The notes under the pieces were generated by a model. It had not been told where the DNA came from and did no database searches. It was given only the letters and a program-made list of their open reading frames with translations. A stretch of DNA of 64,000 nt from an uncultured Chloroflexia bacterium (GTDB taxonomy: Bacteria > Chloroflexota > Dehalococcoidia > GIF9 > UBA5629): assembly GCA_963820495.1 (NCBI GenBank), contig CAWGAF010000002.1:737375-801374 (forward strand). The letters are read 5' to 3'. The stretch's first letter is position 1. Every line of letters begins with the position of its first letter. A program made the translations under genes and the position numbers. Below are positions 20,395 to 30,229 of the stretch, one piece after another.

Positions 20395-20419
20395 TACCAC
20401 TTTCTACCATTTCTTACCA
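20395..20419 (-). promoter_or_regulatory. Three direct TGGTA repeats with exact 10-bp phasing (MraZ-box-like operator) overlapping a candidate promoter
   Basis: The minus strand reads aTGGTAagaaaTGGTAgaaagTGGTAa. The plus-strand TACCA copies start at 20395, 20405 and 20415. A TTGACA lies upstream (complement of 20444-20449). Confidence 0.45.
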
Positions 20420-20662
20420 TAATAAAACACATTTTCTCACCTTTGTCAATACCTTTTAGAGAAATTCAATCGAAATTTTTAAAATTTTTTTGCCTAATAA
20501 AAATCAGTGTTTAATAAAATTACAACATATAGCGGCTCTGCCGGGATTAACCTATATATTTTGTGTTTTTGATTAAATGCGATTATTTTGGCGATTAGTA
20601 CTAAAGTCAGTTGGCTTTTTATTATGTTTGGTGCCGTGCTTTTGGTGTGATAAAATATACGA

Positions 20663-21169
20663 GTGTTTTTTGCTGGTGTACTTACTATAAGTGATAAAGG
20701 GTGGCGTGGAGAACGTGTTGATGAAAGTGGGCATGTTGCCCAGCAATGCATCAAGCGATTAGCTGATTTTGAAATAAATAAATATGAGATCGTACCTGAC
20801 GATAGGGAGGTTATTTCAACTAAACTCAAGGAATGGGCAGATAGTGTCGGACTTGATCTTATTATCACAAGTGGTGGTACGGGGTTGGCCCCTAGGGATG
20901 TTACTCCGGAAGCAACCATGGCGGTAATTGACCGACTTGTTCCTGGTTTGATAGAAGCTATGAGGATGGAAACTAGGAAGAATGCACCTACTTCAGTGCT
21001 AAGCCGGGCTGTAGCTGGCAGTAGGGGCAAGTGTTTGATTATTAATCTTCCTGGCAGCCCTGCTGGGGTGAGGGAATGCCTCGAGGTTGTTTTGCCAGTA
21101 ATACCCCATGCTCTAGAAATTCTTGCTGGCAAAATATTTGAGGGCACTCATTATAGTGGAGATAGATAA
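20663..21169 (+). CDS. mogA: Molybdopterin adenylyltransferase MogA/MoaB family
   Basis: ISDKG...TSGGTGLAPRDVTPEAT... Starts with GTG. Confidence 0.85.
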   Translation: MFFAGVLTISDKGWRGERVDESGHVAQQCIKRLADFEINKYEIVPDDREVISTKLKEWADSVGLDLIITSGGTGLAPRDVTPEATMAVIDRLVPGLIEAMRMETRKNAPTSVLSRAVAGSRGKCLIINLPGSPAGVRECLEVVLPVIPHALEILAGKIFEGTHYSGDR

Positions 21170-21910
21170 GTGCGCATAGATATTATGACCATATTTCCGC
21201 AGATGTTTGATAGTTTGTTTAATTATAGTATTGTTGGGCGAGCTAGAGAGCGTGGTTTGCTTGATGTAAGGCTTCATGATATTAGGACATATACTCATGA
21301 CAAGCATCATATTGTTGATGATTATCCTTTTGGAGGTGGACCTGGAATGATGCTTAAGCCTGAGCCGATTTTTGAGGCAGTTGAAGCTGTTACTAAGGAT
21401 TCCGGCGTAGCTATTAGTCCAACAATTTTGCTCAGTCCCCAGGGTAGACTCTTCAATCAAAAAATTGCTCAAGAATTAGCAGGTTATGAACATTTTATTC
21501 TTATCTGTGGTCGTTATGAGGGCGTTGATGAAAGGGTGGCGGAGCATTTGGCTAGTGATGAGATCAGTGTTGGTGATTATGTACTTAGTGGGGGCGAAGT
21601 AGCGTCTATGGTTGTAGTAGATTGTGTCGTTAGGTTATTGCCTGGTGCAGTCGGATCTGAGGAATCGGTAGCCAGAGATTCACATATGGATGGGCTTTTA
21701 GAATATCCTCAGTATACTCGACCTGCGGAATATCGTAATTGGATAGTGCCAGCAGTGTTGCTTTCTGGTAACCACAATCAGATTGCTCGTTGGCGTCGCC
21801 AGCAGAGCTTGTTGCGTACTGCAAAACGGCGGCCAGACCTTTTAGAAAAGGCTGTACTTTCGGAAGAAGATAAAGCACTTTTGAATCAAGAGGAGCTTTA
21901 TAAAAATTAA
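21170..21910 (+). CDS. trmD: tRNA (guanine37-N1)-methyltransferase TrmD
   Basis: [13 protein letters not shown]..., [29 protein letters not shown]. Confidence 0.93.
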   Translation: MRIDIMTIFPQMFDSLFNYSIVGRARERGLLDVRLHDIRTYTHDKHHIVDDYPFGGGPGMMLKPEPIFEAVEAVTKDSGVAISPTILLSPQGRLFNQKIAQELAGYEHFILICGRYEGVDERVAEHLASDEISVGDYVLSGGEVASMVVVDCVVRLLPGAVGSEESVARDSHMDGLLEYPQYTRPAEYRNWIVPAVLLSGNHNQIARWRRQQSLLRTAKRRPDLLEKAVLSEEDKALLNQEELYKN

Positions 21911-21935
21911 CTATATGGAAGGAATATAACTAAAA

Positions 21936-22370
21936 ATGAATGTCGATTCTGTGTATCAAATTAAACCGAACCCTAATATACCTATACTAAATCCTGGCGA
22001 TACTGTAAAGGTAAATTTTAAGATCAAGGAAGCGGCGAGGGAGCGTATGCAGACTTTCCCCGGGCTAGTTATTAAGGTGAGGCACGGTAGTGGTGGTGGC
22101 AGCTTTACTATAAGAAAGGTTACCTCTGGAATTGGTGTAGAGCATACTTTTCCATTTGCCTCTCCTTTACTAGATAAGGTAGAGGTGGTGAGGCATGGAA
22201 AAGTACGCCGTGCTAAGCTTTATTACATCCGGCGGTTAAGTGCTAGGGAAGCTCGTCTCAAGGAAAGAAGAGAGAGATTGGAAGAGGAAAGCATTGCTTC
22301 TGAAATTACTACTCCAGAAATCCAAGAAACACCAGAAACTCAAGTGGCTAAAGCAACCGAAGAAGCCTGA
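21936..22370 (+). CDS. rplS: 50S ribosomal protein L19 with an acidic C-terminal extension
   Basis: GDTVKV...FEGVVI-like core, RRAKLYYIR, followed by about 35 extra Glu/Thr-rich residues. Confidence 0.92.
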   Translation: MNVDSVYQIKPNPNIPILNPGDTVKVNFKIKEAARERMQTFPGLVIKVRHGSGGGSFTIRKVTSGIGVEHTFPFASPLLDKVEVVRHGKVRRAKLYYIRRLSAREARLKERRERLEEESIASEITTPEIQETPETQVAKATEEA

Positions 22371-24805
22371 TGAAGTATGCTGAGGTGGCGGTAAATTCAC
22401 CTGTCGCTCGGCGACATAGTTTTTGTTATTCTGTACCAGCCCACTTAACTGTCTCTGTTGGCCAAGCTGTTTGGGTACCTTTTGGTTCCAAAGCGCTTCA
22501 AGGCATTGTTGTTAAGGTTAGTCCTGTTCCTTCTGTTGAGGTTACCAAGGAGATAATCAGTCTAATTTCATCCCGTCCTCTATTGTCTCCGGCTCAAGTT
22601 GGACTTGCCTTGTGGCTAAGTGAATACTACCTTGCACCTCTCTTTGATGCTGTAGCCTTGATGTTGCCTCCAGGTTTTGAGCGACGAATGGTCACTTTAT
22701 TGCAGCTTTCACCAAATTCCATAGATTTGACTCAGCTCACTCCGGAGCAGAGAAAGGTAGTTAAGTTCGTTGAAGATAGAGGCAAAGTTAAGTTAAAGGA
22801 GTTGGAAAATATATTTGGGAAGAAGAAAACAGAACAGATAACCAGACAGCTAGCGCGGTTTCATCTGCTGGTTAAAACTGAACAGTTGGAAGAAGTCAGG
22901 GTAAAACCTAAGCTGGCACGCTATTTGAAACTTGAAATTGATAGAGATCGAATAGAGAAAGAGATTGGTCAGCTCAAAGAAGCCAGGGCATATATACAAG
23001 CAGCAGCAGTTGAGTTTTTAGCAAATCATGCTCAACCCATTTCTTTAGTGGAGCTAAGAAAAAATGTTGCTTGTCAGGGATCCGTAATTAAGACATTAAG
23101 AAATCGTGGTTTGATTTCGGTAATAGATACTCAAGTTAGACGTGACCCTTTAGCTAATCTCCAGATCACCAATGCGTTACCTCCAAAGCTTACCACATCT
23201 CAGGAAATTGTCTGGCAGACTATTTGTAAGAGCCTGCTTTCAGGCGATAGCAAGAATCAACCACATGTTTTTCTACTTGCAGGTGTTACTGGAAGCGGTA
23301 AAACCGAGGTCTATTTGCGAGCTTTAGCAGATGTTGTTTCCCATGGGAGGAAAGGTATCTGCCTGGTACCTGAAATTGCGTTGACTCCTCAGACAATAGA
23401 ACGTTTTGCCTCGCGTTTCCCAGGCCGTGTAGCAGTATTCCATAGTGGTCTATCTTTAGGCGAACAATTTGATGAATGGCATCGAATACAAAATGGTAAC
23501 TGTGATGTGGTTATTGGCCCCAGAAGCGCTCTCTTTGTGCCGCAACCAGAGCTGGGGCTGATTGTTATTGATGAAGAACATGAGTGGACATATAAGCAAG
23601 CAGATAAATCGCCTCGTTACCATGCTAGGGAAGTAGCTATAAAGTTGGCCGAGTTTAGTGGTGCAACGGTTATTCTAGGTAGTGCTACGCCTGATGTGGA
23701 GACTTTTTACCGAGCGCAGCAGGGCATATATCAACTTGTTGAACTTAAGGAGCGCATTACACCTCGTGGTATCTCGCCATTGCCAGAAGTCGAAGTTGTA
23801 GATACACGTAACGAGTTAAAAGCTGGTAATAGGAGTCTATTCAGCCGCTCTTTATCCAAAGCAATGGCTGAAGCATTAGCACGTGATGAGCAGGTGATCC
23901 TATTTCTTAATCGGCGTGGTACAGCCAACTTTATTCAATGTCAGGTTTGTGGTTATGTATTTGGTTGTCCACGTTGCCTGGTAGCTCTCACTTATCATTC
24001 AGCAGAGGAAAAACTATTTTGTCATCACTGTAATTATTCTTGCTTTTTGCCTCGAATTTGCTCTAAGTGTTTAAGTCCACGGCTCAAATATTTTGGAATT
24101 GGCACGCAGAAAGTAGAAGAGGAAACCAGGCGTCTTTTCCCGTGTGCAAGGACTCTTCGCTGGGACAAGGATGTTACTGCGAGGCGACGAGCTCATGAGG
24201 AGATATTAGCTAAATTCAAGGCACATGATGCCGATGTGCTGATTGGTACTCAAATGATAGCCAAAGGATTGGACTTACCCCAGGTCACCCTAGCTGGAGT
24301 GATTAGTGCGGATACAGGTTTAAATCTCCCCGATTTCCGAGCTGGTGAACGTACTTTTCAACTCATTTGTCAGGTAGCTGGTAGAGCTGGGCGTGGCTTA
24401 GCAGCTGGGAGAGCAATTGTTCAGACGTACTGTCCTGATCATTATTCAGTAGCGGCAGCATCAAGGCAGGATTATCTAGATTTTTATAATCATGAAATAA
24501 GTTATCGGCGTCAGTTCGGTTATCCGCCGTTTAGCCATTTGGCCCGTCTCGCCTTCAGTCATACTAACTTTGCTATCTGTAGGCGCCAAGCCGAGGAAAT
24601 GTACCATTTGCTTGATACCGAAAAGAATAGAAGAGGCATGGTTGATTTAAGGCTTATTGGACCTACCCCGAGCTATATTCCAAGAATTCGAGGACATTAT
24701 CAATGGCAGATTTTACTTTGTGGGACTGCTTTATCTGAATTTTTAGCTAATGTAAATTTTTCTCAAGGCTGGACTGTAGACGTAGATCCAGTCAGTGTGA
24801 TTTAA
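22370..24805 (+). CDS. priA: Primosomal protein N' (PriA helicase)
   Basis: Walker A GVTGSGKTEVY, DEEH box, Cys-rich Zn insert CQVCG...CPRC...CHHC...CSKC. The ATG overlaps the rplS stop codon (TGATG). Confidence 0.93.
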   Translation: MKYAEVAVNSPVARRHSFCYSVPAHLTVSVGQAVWVPFGSKALQGIVVKVSPVPSVEVTKEIISLISSRPLLSPAQVGLALWLSEYYLAPLFDAVALMLPPGFERRMVTLLQLSPNSIDLTQLTPEQRKVVKFVEDRGKVKLKELENIFGKKKTEQITRQLARFHLLVKTEQLEEVRVKPKLARYLKLEIDRDRIEKEIGQLKEARAYIQAAAVEFLANHAQPISLVELRKNVACQGSVIKTLRNRGLISVIDTQVRRDPLANLQITNALPPKLTTSQEIVWQTICKSLLSGDSKNQPHVFLLAGVTGSGKTEVYLRALADVVSHGRKGICLVPEIALTPQTIERFASRFPGRVAVFHSGLSLGEQFDEWHRIQNGNCDVVIGPRSALFVPQPELGLIVIDEEHEWTYKQADKSPRYHAREVAIKLAEFSGATVILGSATPDVETFYRAQQGIYQLVELKERITPRGISPLPEVEVVDTRNELKAGNRSLFSRSLSKAMAEALARDEQVILFLNRRGTANFIQCQVCGYVFGCPRCLVALTYHSAEEKLFCHHCNYSCFLPRICSKCLSPRLKYFGIGTQKVEEETRRLFPCARTLRWDKDVTARRRAHEEILAKFKAHDADVLIGTQMIAKGLDLPQVTLAGVISADTGLNLPDFRAGERTFQLICQVAGRAGRGLAAGRAIVQTYCPDHYSVAAASRQDYLDFYNHEISYRRQFGYPPFSHLARLAFSHTNFAICRRQAEEMYHLLDTEKNRRGMVDLRLIGPTPSYIPRIRGHYQWQILLCGTALSEFLANVNFSQGWTVDVDPVSVI

Positions 24806-24815
24806 TGTAAAGCCG

Positions 24816-25310
24816 ATGGCAGTGTTAACTCTTTGTTCTAGACATGATCCTGTGCTAAGGCGAAAAGCCAAAAAGGTAACTAACATAGATGGTTCGATTC
24901 AGCGGCTTATTGATAATATGATAGATACCATGAGGGCGGTATCTGGTGTTGGCTTAGCAGCACCGCAGGTAGGTGTATCGCTGCGAATAGCTGTCATAGA
25001 GATACCGGATGATGATGTTATTGTATTGATTAATCCAGAGATAATTAAGAGGGGTGGTGAGCGTTTATTAAGCGAAGCGTGTCTCAGTGTTCCTGGTTAC
25101 TATGGGGAGATCATGAGGTCGGTTTGGGTTAAGGTTAAAACGCAGGATAGACACGGGAGGACTACTCGATTGAGGGGAGAAGGACTTCTGGCTCAAGTAC
25201 TGGAGCATGAGATAGACCATCTTAACGGTATATTATATGCTGATCATCTAGAAAGCCCCAACAAGTTACACAAAGTAACGACGGAGGGGGAAAAACAAGA
25301 AGGGCTTTGA
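24816..25310 (+). CDS. def: Peptide deformylase
   Basis: GVGLAAPQ, EACLSVPG and HEIDHL motifs. Confidence 0.93.
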   Translation: MAVLTLCSRHDPVLRRKAKKVTNIDGSIQRLIDNMIDTMRAVSGVGLAAPQVGVSLRIAVIEIPDDDVIVLINPEIIKRGGERLLSEACLSVPGYYGEIMRSVWVKVKTQDRHGRTTRLRGEGLLAQVLEHEIDHLNGILYADHLESPNKLHKVTTEGEKQEGL

Positions 25311-25367
25311 TACTAGATTTTAATATTCCTATTGTATATAATATTTATCCCTTGCCTTGCCCTTTTA

Positions 25368-27110
25368 TCACTTCCAGTCCATTTCGACGACGAATTTTCC
25401 GCTTAAATTCTCCAGTGCTACTGGGTAGAACCCTGCAGCATCTTTGGTAATATTGAATATCACCTTTTGGCTTCTACCAGGTGCCAGTTCTATTTCTTCG
25501 ATGCCTTCAGCTATGCCTTTTACTCTTAATACTACGCTATAGTTACCAGCAGCCTCGCCGGTATTGGTTACAATGGCACTAATGGTTATAGGTTCTCCCT
25601 GTTTAACTCTTTCGGGAGATATACTAAGGTTACTAATAGCAAAAGCAGCCGGCAGCCTATGTATGACTGTGAACATGCCGCGTTGGCCGTCTACTTCTAC
25701 ATAGTAATCACCTGGAACATCTTTGATTACGGTGAAAAGTGCTGTCTGGCTGGCGCCAGGATTGAGAGTTAATTCGGATATATTTTCTACTACACCTCCG
25801 ATTCGTAATACCATGCTATATTGTGATGTTGTTGCACTGTTGTTTGTTACTACGGCAGAAATATTTATTGAGTCTCCTTCTTTCACGTGCTGAGGTGTGA
25901 TGGTAAGATTACCTATAGTGAACTGTGGAATAGTTCTGCCTTGGGGCATGCCGAAAGTAGGAGATATGGGTTGAGTTTGCGGTGCAAAAGCTGGCGGCAT
26001 TCCCGGTTGTTCTGGTCTTGGTGTTTGCAGCGGGTATGGAGGTCTTTGTTGAGGTGGCATCTGTTGGGCTTGTCCCGGATATTGTGGCATCACTTGTTGA
26101 GGCATTTGTTGTGGTTGTCCTGGATATGATGGTATTTGCTGCGAACCGAATTGTTGAGGTGGCATCTGTTGGGCTTGTCCCGGATATTGTGGCATCACTT
26201 GTTGAGGCATTTGTTGTGGTTGTCCTGGATATGATGGCGTTTGTTGTGAACCGAATTGTTGGGGTGGCATCTGTTGCATCTGTGTTGGTTGTACTGATAT
26301 CGGTTGAACCCTTGATGGTAATTGCGGTGCCCGTGCTGCCCCTCTAGCTTTAGCTGCTAATTTTGCTCTCTTTCTCTTGGGTGAGACAAGGGACATGACG
26401 ACTATTAGTATAATAATCAAAGCTATAACACCAATAACTCCCCATACCAGGGGTGGAAATGAAGACAAAAAGGATGCTTTTACAGTAAATGAGCCGGTCT
26501 TCGGTCCTACTTCGACCATGTAGTTGCCTGCTTCGCTTTCGACAACTGTGAAACTGACTGTAGTGCTTTCTCCAGCTTCCAAGTCAATAGGTTTCTTATC
26601 TGCCATTTTCCCATTTATAAATAATTTCAGAGAGTCGTAAGTAAGCGGCTGATCTGTTGACTTATTCTGTGCGGTGACACTGATAATCACTTCTTTGCCC
26701 GGACCAACCTCGAGGGGGTCAATGAGCAGATTTTTAACTTCAAGTCCCGCAGGTGCTATGCTGAATGAACTTTTTAGGTCCTCTATGGAAACATTATATT
26801 CGCCGGCTTCACTTTTGGTTACAGGAAAGATTAAGTTCTCCTCTGTTCCAGCTTCCAGGGTTATGTCTTTGGTAGTTTCGGTAATATCATTTATCTTTAG
26901 TTCTGCTTTGTAGGTGCCATCTTCGGTACCCGTATTAGTTACCTTAACACTTACAGTGATGCTTGCCGCTCCATTTTCTGCGGTAATAAAATTCGGACTG
27001 ATGTTGAGGTCACTTACTTTGAATTGAGCTTGAGCACTGGCTAAAGAAGGAGAAGCTAGTACCAAAGCAATCATTAGAGTTACTGACATCAGCCAGAGTA
27101 CTTTTTTCAT
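25368..27110 (-). CDS. Bitopic envelope protein: signal peptide, two CARDB/Ig-like domains, TM helix, Pro/Gln-rich repeats, two more CARDB/Ig-like domains
   Basis: Signal ...SPSLASAQA. Four ~90-aa modules of the form xLxISPxxVxxGxxxxISxxVTNTG...Y. TM segment VWGVIGVIALIIILIVVMSLV followed by KRKRAKLAAKARG. A 35-aa PQ repeat occurs twice. Confidence 0.7.
   Translation of the reverse strand: MKKVLWLMSVTLMIALVLASPSLASAQAQFKVSDLNISPNFITAENGAASITVSVKVTNTGTEDGTYKAELKINDITETTKDITLEAGTEENLIFPVTKSEAGEYNVSIEDLKSSFSIAPAGLEVKNLLIDPLEVGPGKEVIISVTAQNKSTDQPLTYDSLKLFINGKMADKKPIDLEAGESTTVSFTVVESEAGNYMVEVGPKTGSFTVKASFLSSFPPLVWGVIGVIALIIILIVVMSLVSPKRKRAKLAAKARGAARAPQLPSRVQPISVQPTQMQQMPPQQFGSQQTPSYPGQPQQMPQQVMPQYPGQAQQMPPQQFGSQQIPSYPGQPQQMPQQVMPQYPGQAQQMPPQQRPPYPLQTPRPEQPGMPPAFAPQTQPISPTFGMPQGRTIPQFTIGNLTITPQHVKEGDSINISAVVTNNSATTSQYSMVLRIGGVVENISELTLNPGASQTALFTVIKDVPGDYYVEVDGQRGMFTVIHRLPAAFAISNLSISPERVKQGEPITISAIVTNTGEAAGNYSVVLRVKGIAEGIEEIELAPGRSQKVIFNITKDAAGFYPVALENLSGKFVVEMDWK
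26051..26285. repeat. Coding tandem repeat, 105-bp unit, about 2.2 copies
   Basis: Units 26051-26155 and 26156-26260 differ at 4 positions by eye, and a partial third unit follows. Encodes MPPQQFGSQQxPSYPGQPQQMPQQVMPQYPGQAQQ. Confidence 0.85.
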
Positions 27111-27210
27111 TAGTGCCTCCCGAATAACTACATTTAGATATTCTAAAACGATATGCCTTTATACTCTACGCTAAAATCGATTGTAAATCAATAGCTGTGT
27201 TGATTTTTAC

Positions 27211-29640
27211 TTAGTTCCTTTTTACCCACAGCCTGCTACCATCGGTAATAAATTCAATTGTACCATTCTCTGAAGTAAGAAAGACTTGTTCCCTTCCCAA
27301 TTTTTGACTCAGTCTTGCTAATACTTCGGGGTGAGGTTGACCGAAATTATTGTTGCTACCTACCGAAATCGCTGCTGCTTTTGGGGCAGCTACTGCTAGC
27401 AGCTGTGGGGATGTGGATGTTTGACTGCCGTGATGAGCTACCTTTAATACTGTGCTTTTGAGATTAGCTCGTTGGGAAATAAGATACCATTCAGTCTCCT
27501 CATTTATATCAGCAGTGAACAAAAAGCTCACTGCGTTGTAGTTACAGCGTAGCACCATTCCATTGCTGTTGATATTATCAGAGGTGTCTTTAATAAAAGC
27601 TTTTGGTGGGTGGAGTACTTCAATGGTTATATTGTTGCCCAAGGATATTTCTTGCCCCGCACGCACTGTGCTATATTTGGTTTTCTTTTCCTGAATTAAC
27701 ATCAGCCATTGATTATATATGAATGAATTGTAGGACAGTCCTGATTCAATAATCTGTTTCACTTCGTAGTGCTGGAGTATCTCTGCCAGACCAGTAACGT
27801 GGTCAGCCTGTGGTTGAGTTAATATCATCAGGTCTATTGTCCTGTTCCAGAATGGCAGCTTTTTGCTGAGCTCGAGATTTATCGCTTGGGGACTGGGGCC
27901 GCCATCGATGAGGATATTCTGGCGGCTTGGCGTTTGAATCAGTATGGAATCTCCTTGCCCGACGTTAAGTATGCTAACGTGGAGTTTGTCGTCTGGTATA
28001 TTCAGAACGGCTGCCCAGACGAGGATAGCAGCGATTAGAACCGGGAGAATACTCCATTTCTTTGCTATGTGGGGAATTGATTCTGAGACATTGCTGGTAT
28101 AATGGCCTATTTTAGTAGTTAGCGAGGAGAAAAAATGAGTAAATTGGGTTCGGCGGTTGATAACTATTAGGACTAATATCAATAGAATGTAGTAACACCA
28201 TACTTGCCAGGTAGTGATGCTATCTAACTTAATTGATGAGAATGGCAGAGCATCGAAAATTTGGACTATCACTATTAAATAACTGAGGAATAGCCAGGCT
28301 ACCCAGCCTATAATCTGAGCAGCTAAAGGGACTAAGAGTCCAGTCACACCAACTATGGCAGTGGTTATAATAATGCCTGGAAGTGCGGGTAAAGAGAAGA
28401 AGTTGGCTGGCAGAGCGACGAGGGAAACTACACCAAAATGGTAGGCAATTACTGGCAAGGTAGCCAGAATGGCGGCTAAAGTCACTGCAATACTATCAGC
28501 GACAAAGGCATATAAAGAGGCTGTGGTTCTTATTGGAGTAGTGGTTGAGGTAGTTATTCCTTTTCTGCTTAGCGCTTGAAAATGTGGAAATATAAAGATG
28601 AGCCCTGCCATAGCCAGATAACTTAGCTGGAAACTGGCGTCCCATAGAATCTGAGGTTCGATTCCCACCATCACTGCTGCGGCGAAAGTCAGGGCAGTTG
28701 AAGCACTCTTCTGTCTGCCCAGAAGTTCGGCTAAAAGGAACATGCTGCCCATTATGGCACCACGGACCACCGGGGGACGTACTCCAGTGAGTACAGCATA
28801 TAACCAGATGATTACAAAGGCTAGCCAGATATAAACGGAATAACGTCTTCCGAAAAACCAGATTCCAGCGCTGAGGAGCATACCTATGATGATGGTGAGA
28901 TTCATTCCCGAGATAGCTAGCTGATGGGCTGTCCCTGTTCTGGAGAAAGCTTGCATTATGGAATAAGGGATATCACCTCTTATGCCGAGCAAAAAGCCCT
29001 GTGCCAGCGAACTCTGTGGTTCAGGCAAAGCTCTGGATAGGCTTTGTGAGAGGTCGTTTCTTAATGAGTAAATAAAAGCCAAGGCTTTAAACCCCTTATC
29101 TCTTTCCATAATTTCTATTTTGGGATAATACATAACAGAGTAAATACCTTGATGAGCTAAGTAACCTTTATAGTCAAAGTCATCGAATTTTGGGGGCGTT
29201 CCCAGGCTGCCATTTATTTTTAGTATATCTCCATAATGATATCCGGAATATCTGGGCACTCTTATAATAGCCTTCCCTGAAATTTGTTTTGTTTCGCTGC
29301 CTGTTATCATCTTGTTTGCTGAGAATTGGAAAATTAAAGCTTTATCTCTGGCTTCTGGCTCAGTGGTTATTATTCCCTCGATTTCAGACTTCCCCTGGTC
29401 ATTGTAGAACTGTAAATTTTGCTCATCTATCTTAGGTAGGCTCGATTGGAAGTATAAATTGCCGCCAATGAAGACAAATAAGCACAGGCTGGTTAGCAGC
29501 AATGTTGTTTTGTATTTGTATAGAAAAGGAACGGCCAATAGGGGCAGAGTGCCTAGGGCAATGGCCCATATCGGTAAACCAAGTTTTGAGCCAATATAAA
29601 TACCGACTACCCAGGATATACTGAGATACATAAGTGCCAT
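27211..29640 (-). CDS. comEC: DNA internalisation-related competence protein ComEC/Rec2 with a C-terminal metallo-beta-lactamase domain
   Basis: 809-aa polytopic membrane protein. The C-terminus has VGQGDSILI...LTQPQADHVTG...VAHHGS. Confidence 0.9.
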   Translation of the reverse strand: MALMYLSISWVVGIYIGSKLGLPIWAIALGTLPLLAVPFLYKYKTTLLLTSLCLFVFIGGNLYFQSSLPKIDEQNLQFYNDQGKSEIEGIITTEPEARDKALIFQFSANKMITGSETKQISGKAIIRVPRYSGYHYGDILKINGSLGTPPKFDDFDYKGYLAHQGIYSVMYYPKIEIMERDKGFKALAFIYSLRNDLSQSLSRALPEPQSSLAQGFLLGIRGDIPYSIMQAFSRTGTAHQLAISGMNLTIIIGMLLSAGIWFFGRRYSVYIWLAFVIIWLYAVLTGVRPPVVRGAIMGSMFLLAELLGRQKSASTALTFAAAVMVGIEPQILWDASFQLSYLAMAGLIFIFPHFQALSRKGITTSTTTPIRTTASLYAFVADSIAVTLAAILATLPVIAYHFGVVSLVALPANFFSLPALPGIIITTAIVGVTGLLVPLAAQIIGWVAWLFLSYLIVIVQIFDALPFSSIKLDSITTWQVWCYYILLILVLIVINRRTQFTHFFSSLTTKIGHYTSNVSESIPHIAKKWSILPVLIAAILVWAAVLNIPDDKLHVSILNVGQGDSILIQTPSRQNILIDGGPSPQAINLELSKKLPFWNRTIDLMILTQPQADHVTGLAEILQHYEVKQIIESGLSYNSFIYNQWLMLIQEKKTKYSTVRAGQEISLGNNITIEVLHPPKAFIKDTSDNINSNGMVLRCNYNAVSFLFTADINEETEWYLISQRANLKSTVLKVAHHGSQTSTSPQLLAVAAPKAAAISVGSNNNFGQPHPEVLARLSQKLGREQVFLTSENGTIEFITDGSRLWVKRN

Positions 29641-29646
29641 GAGGCT

Positions 29647-30165
29647 TTAGTCCTCCACCGTGATAAAGTCCCTAATGTTATCTAAGGTAGACTTACTGAT
29701 ACCGCTAACCTTAAGCAGGTCATTAATACTGCGAAAGGGTCCATATTCATTGCGATAATCAACGATTGCTTGAGCTTTGCCTTGGCCGATTCCAGGTAAG
29801 GCATCGAGCAACCATGTATCAGCTCGATTCAAGTTTATCTTTTGTGCCTTTTGTTGTGAGCTAATTTCATTCTTTTGTTGAACATGTATTTTGAGCTGGC
29901 TTATATCGGCGTCAGCCAGAGGACCGGCAGCCTGGATAAGACCATTTATAGAATCATCTTCTTTAGCAGTGTAGAAACCAGGATTTGCTACTGCTCCGTC
30001 TATATAGATTTCCAAGTGGTAATCGGGAGGCTTAATTGAATTCAGGGTAATCTCCGTAGCGTGTTGGCTACTTAGTTTTATAGCCATTATTATTCCACCT
30101 GAAATAAGACATAGCAGCAGGAAAGCAATGATAGCTACCCAGTATCTATCGAAGTTACTTGACAT
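29647..30165 (-). CDS. comEA: ComEA-family DNA-binding protein (SLBB domain plus helix-hairpin-helix)
   Basis: N-terminal TM helix. C-terminal INLNRADTWLLDALPGIGQGKAQAIVDYR...LLKVSGIS. Confidence 0.85.
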   Translation of the reverse strand: MSSNFDRYWVAIIAFLLLCLISGGIIMAIKLSSQHATEITLNSIKPPDYHLEIYIDGAVANPGFYTAKEDDSINGLIQAAGPLADADISQLKIHVQQKNEISSQQKAQKINLNRADTWLLDALPGIGQGKAQAIVDYRNEYGPFRSINDLLKVSGISKSTLDNIRDFITVED

Positions 30166-30229
30166 AATAATCTCCTTATCTCAATATTTATATATTATTT
30201 TGGGAGATAGTGGTAGAATTTTAGCATAT

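Noticed and set aside
20500-20662. Moco riboswitch upstream of mogA (also looked for at 43780-44166 upstream of alpha1)
   Set aside because: I could not recognise the conserved Moco-motif elements by eye. Only generic hairpins are present, and a covariance-model scan is needed before any claim.
20494-21147. 217-aa minus-strand ORF
   Set aside because: It is entirely antisense to the well-supported mogA gene, has a low-complexity Ser/Thr/Leu/Pro-rich composition and no RBS. It is a shadow ORF.
25887-26347. Plus-strand ORFs of 80 and 121 aa with internally repeated sequence
   Set aside because: They are antisense images of the 105-bp PQ-coding tandem repeat inside 25368..27110. The repeat alone creates the open frame.
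30128-30229. Longer SmpB start from the ORF track
   Set aside because: The N-terminal 34 residues are hydrophobic junk that overlaps the comEA start. The conserved SmpB sequence begins at the ATG at 30230.
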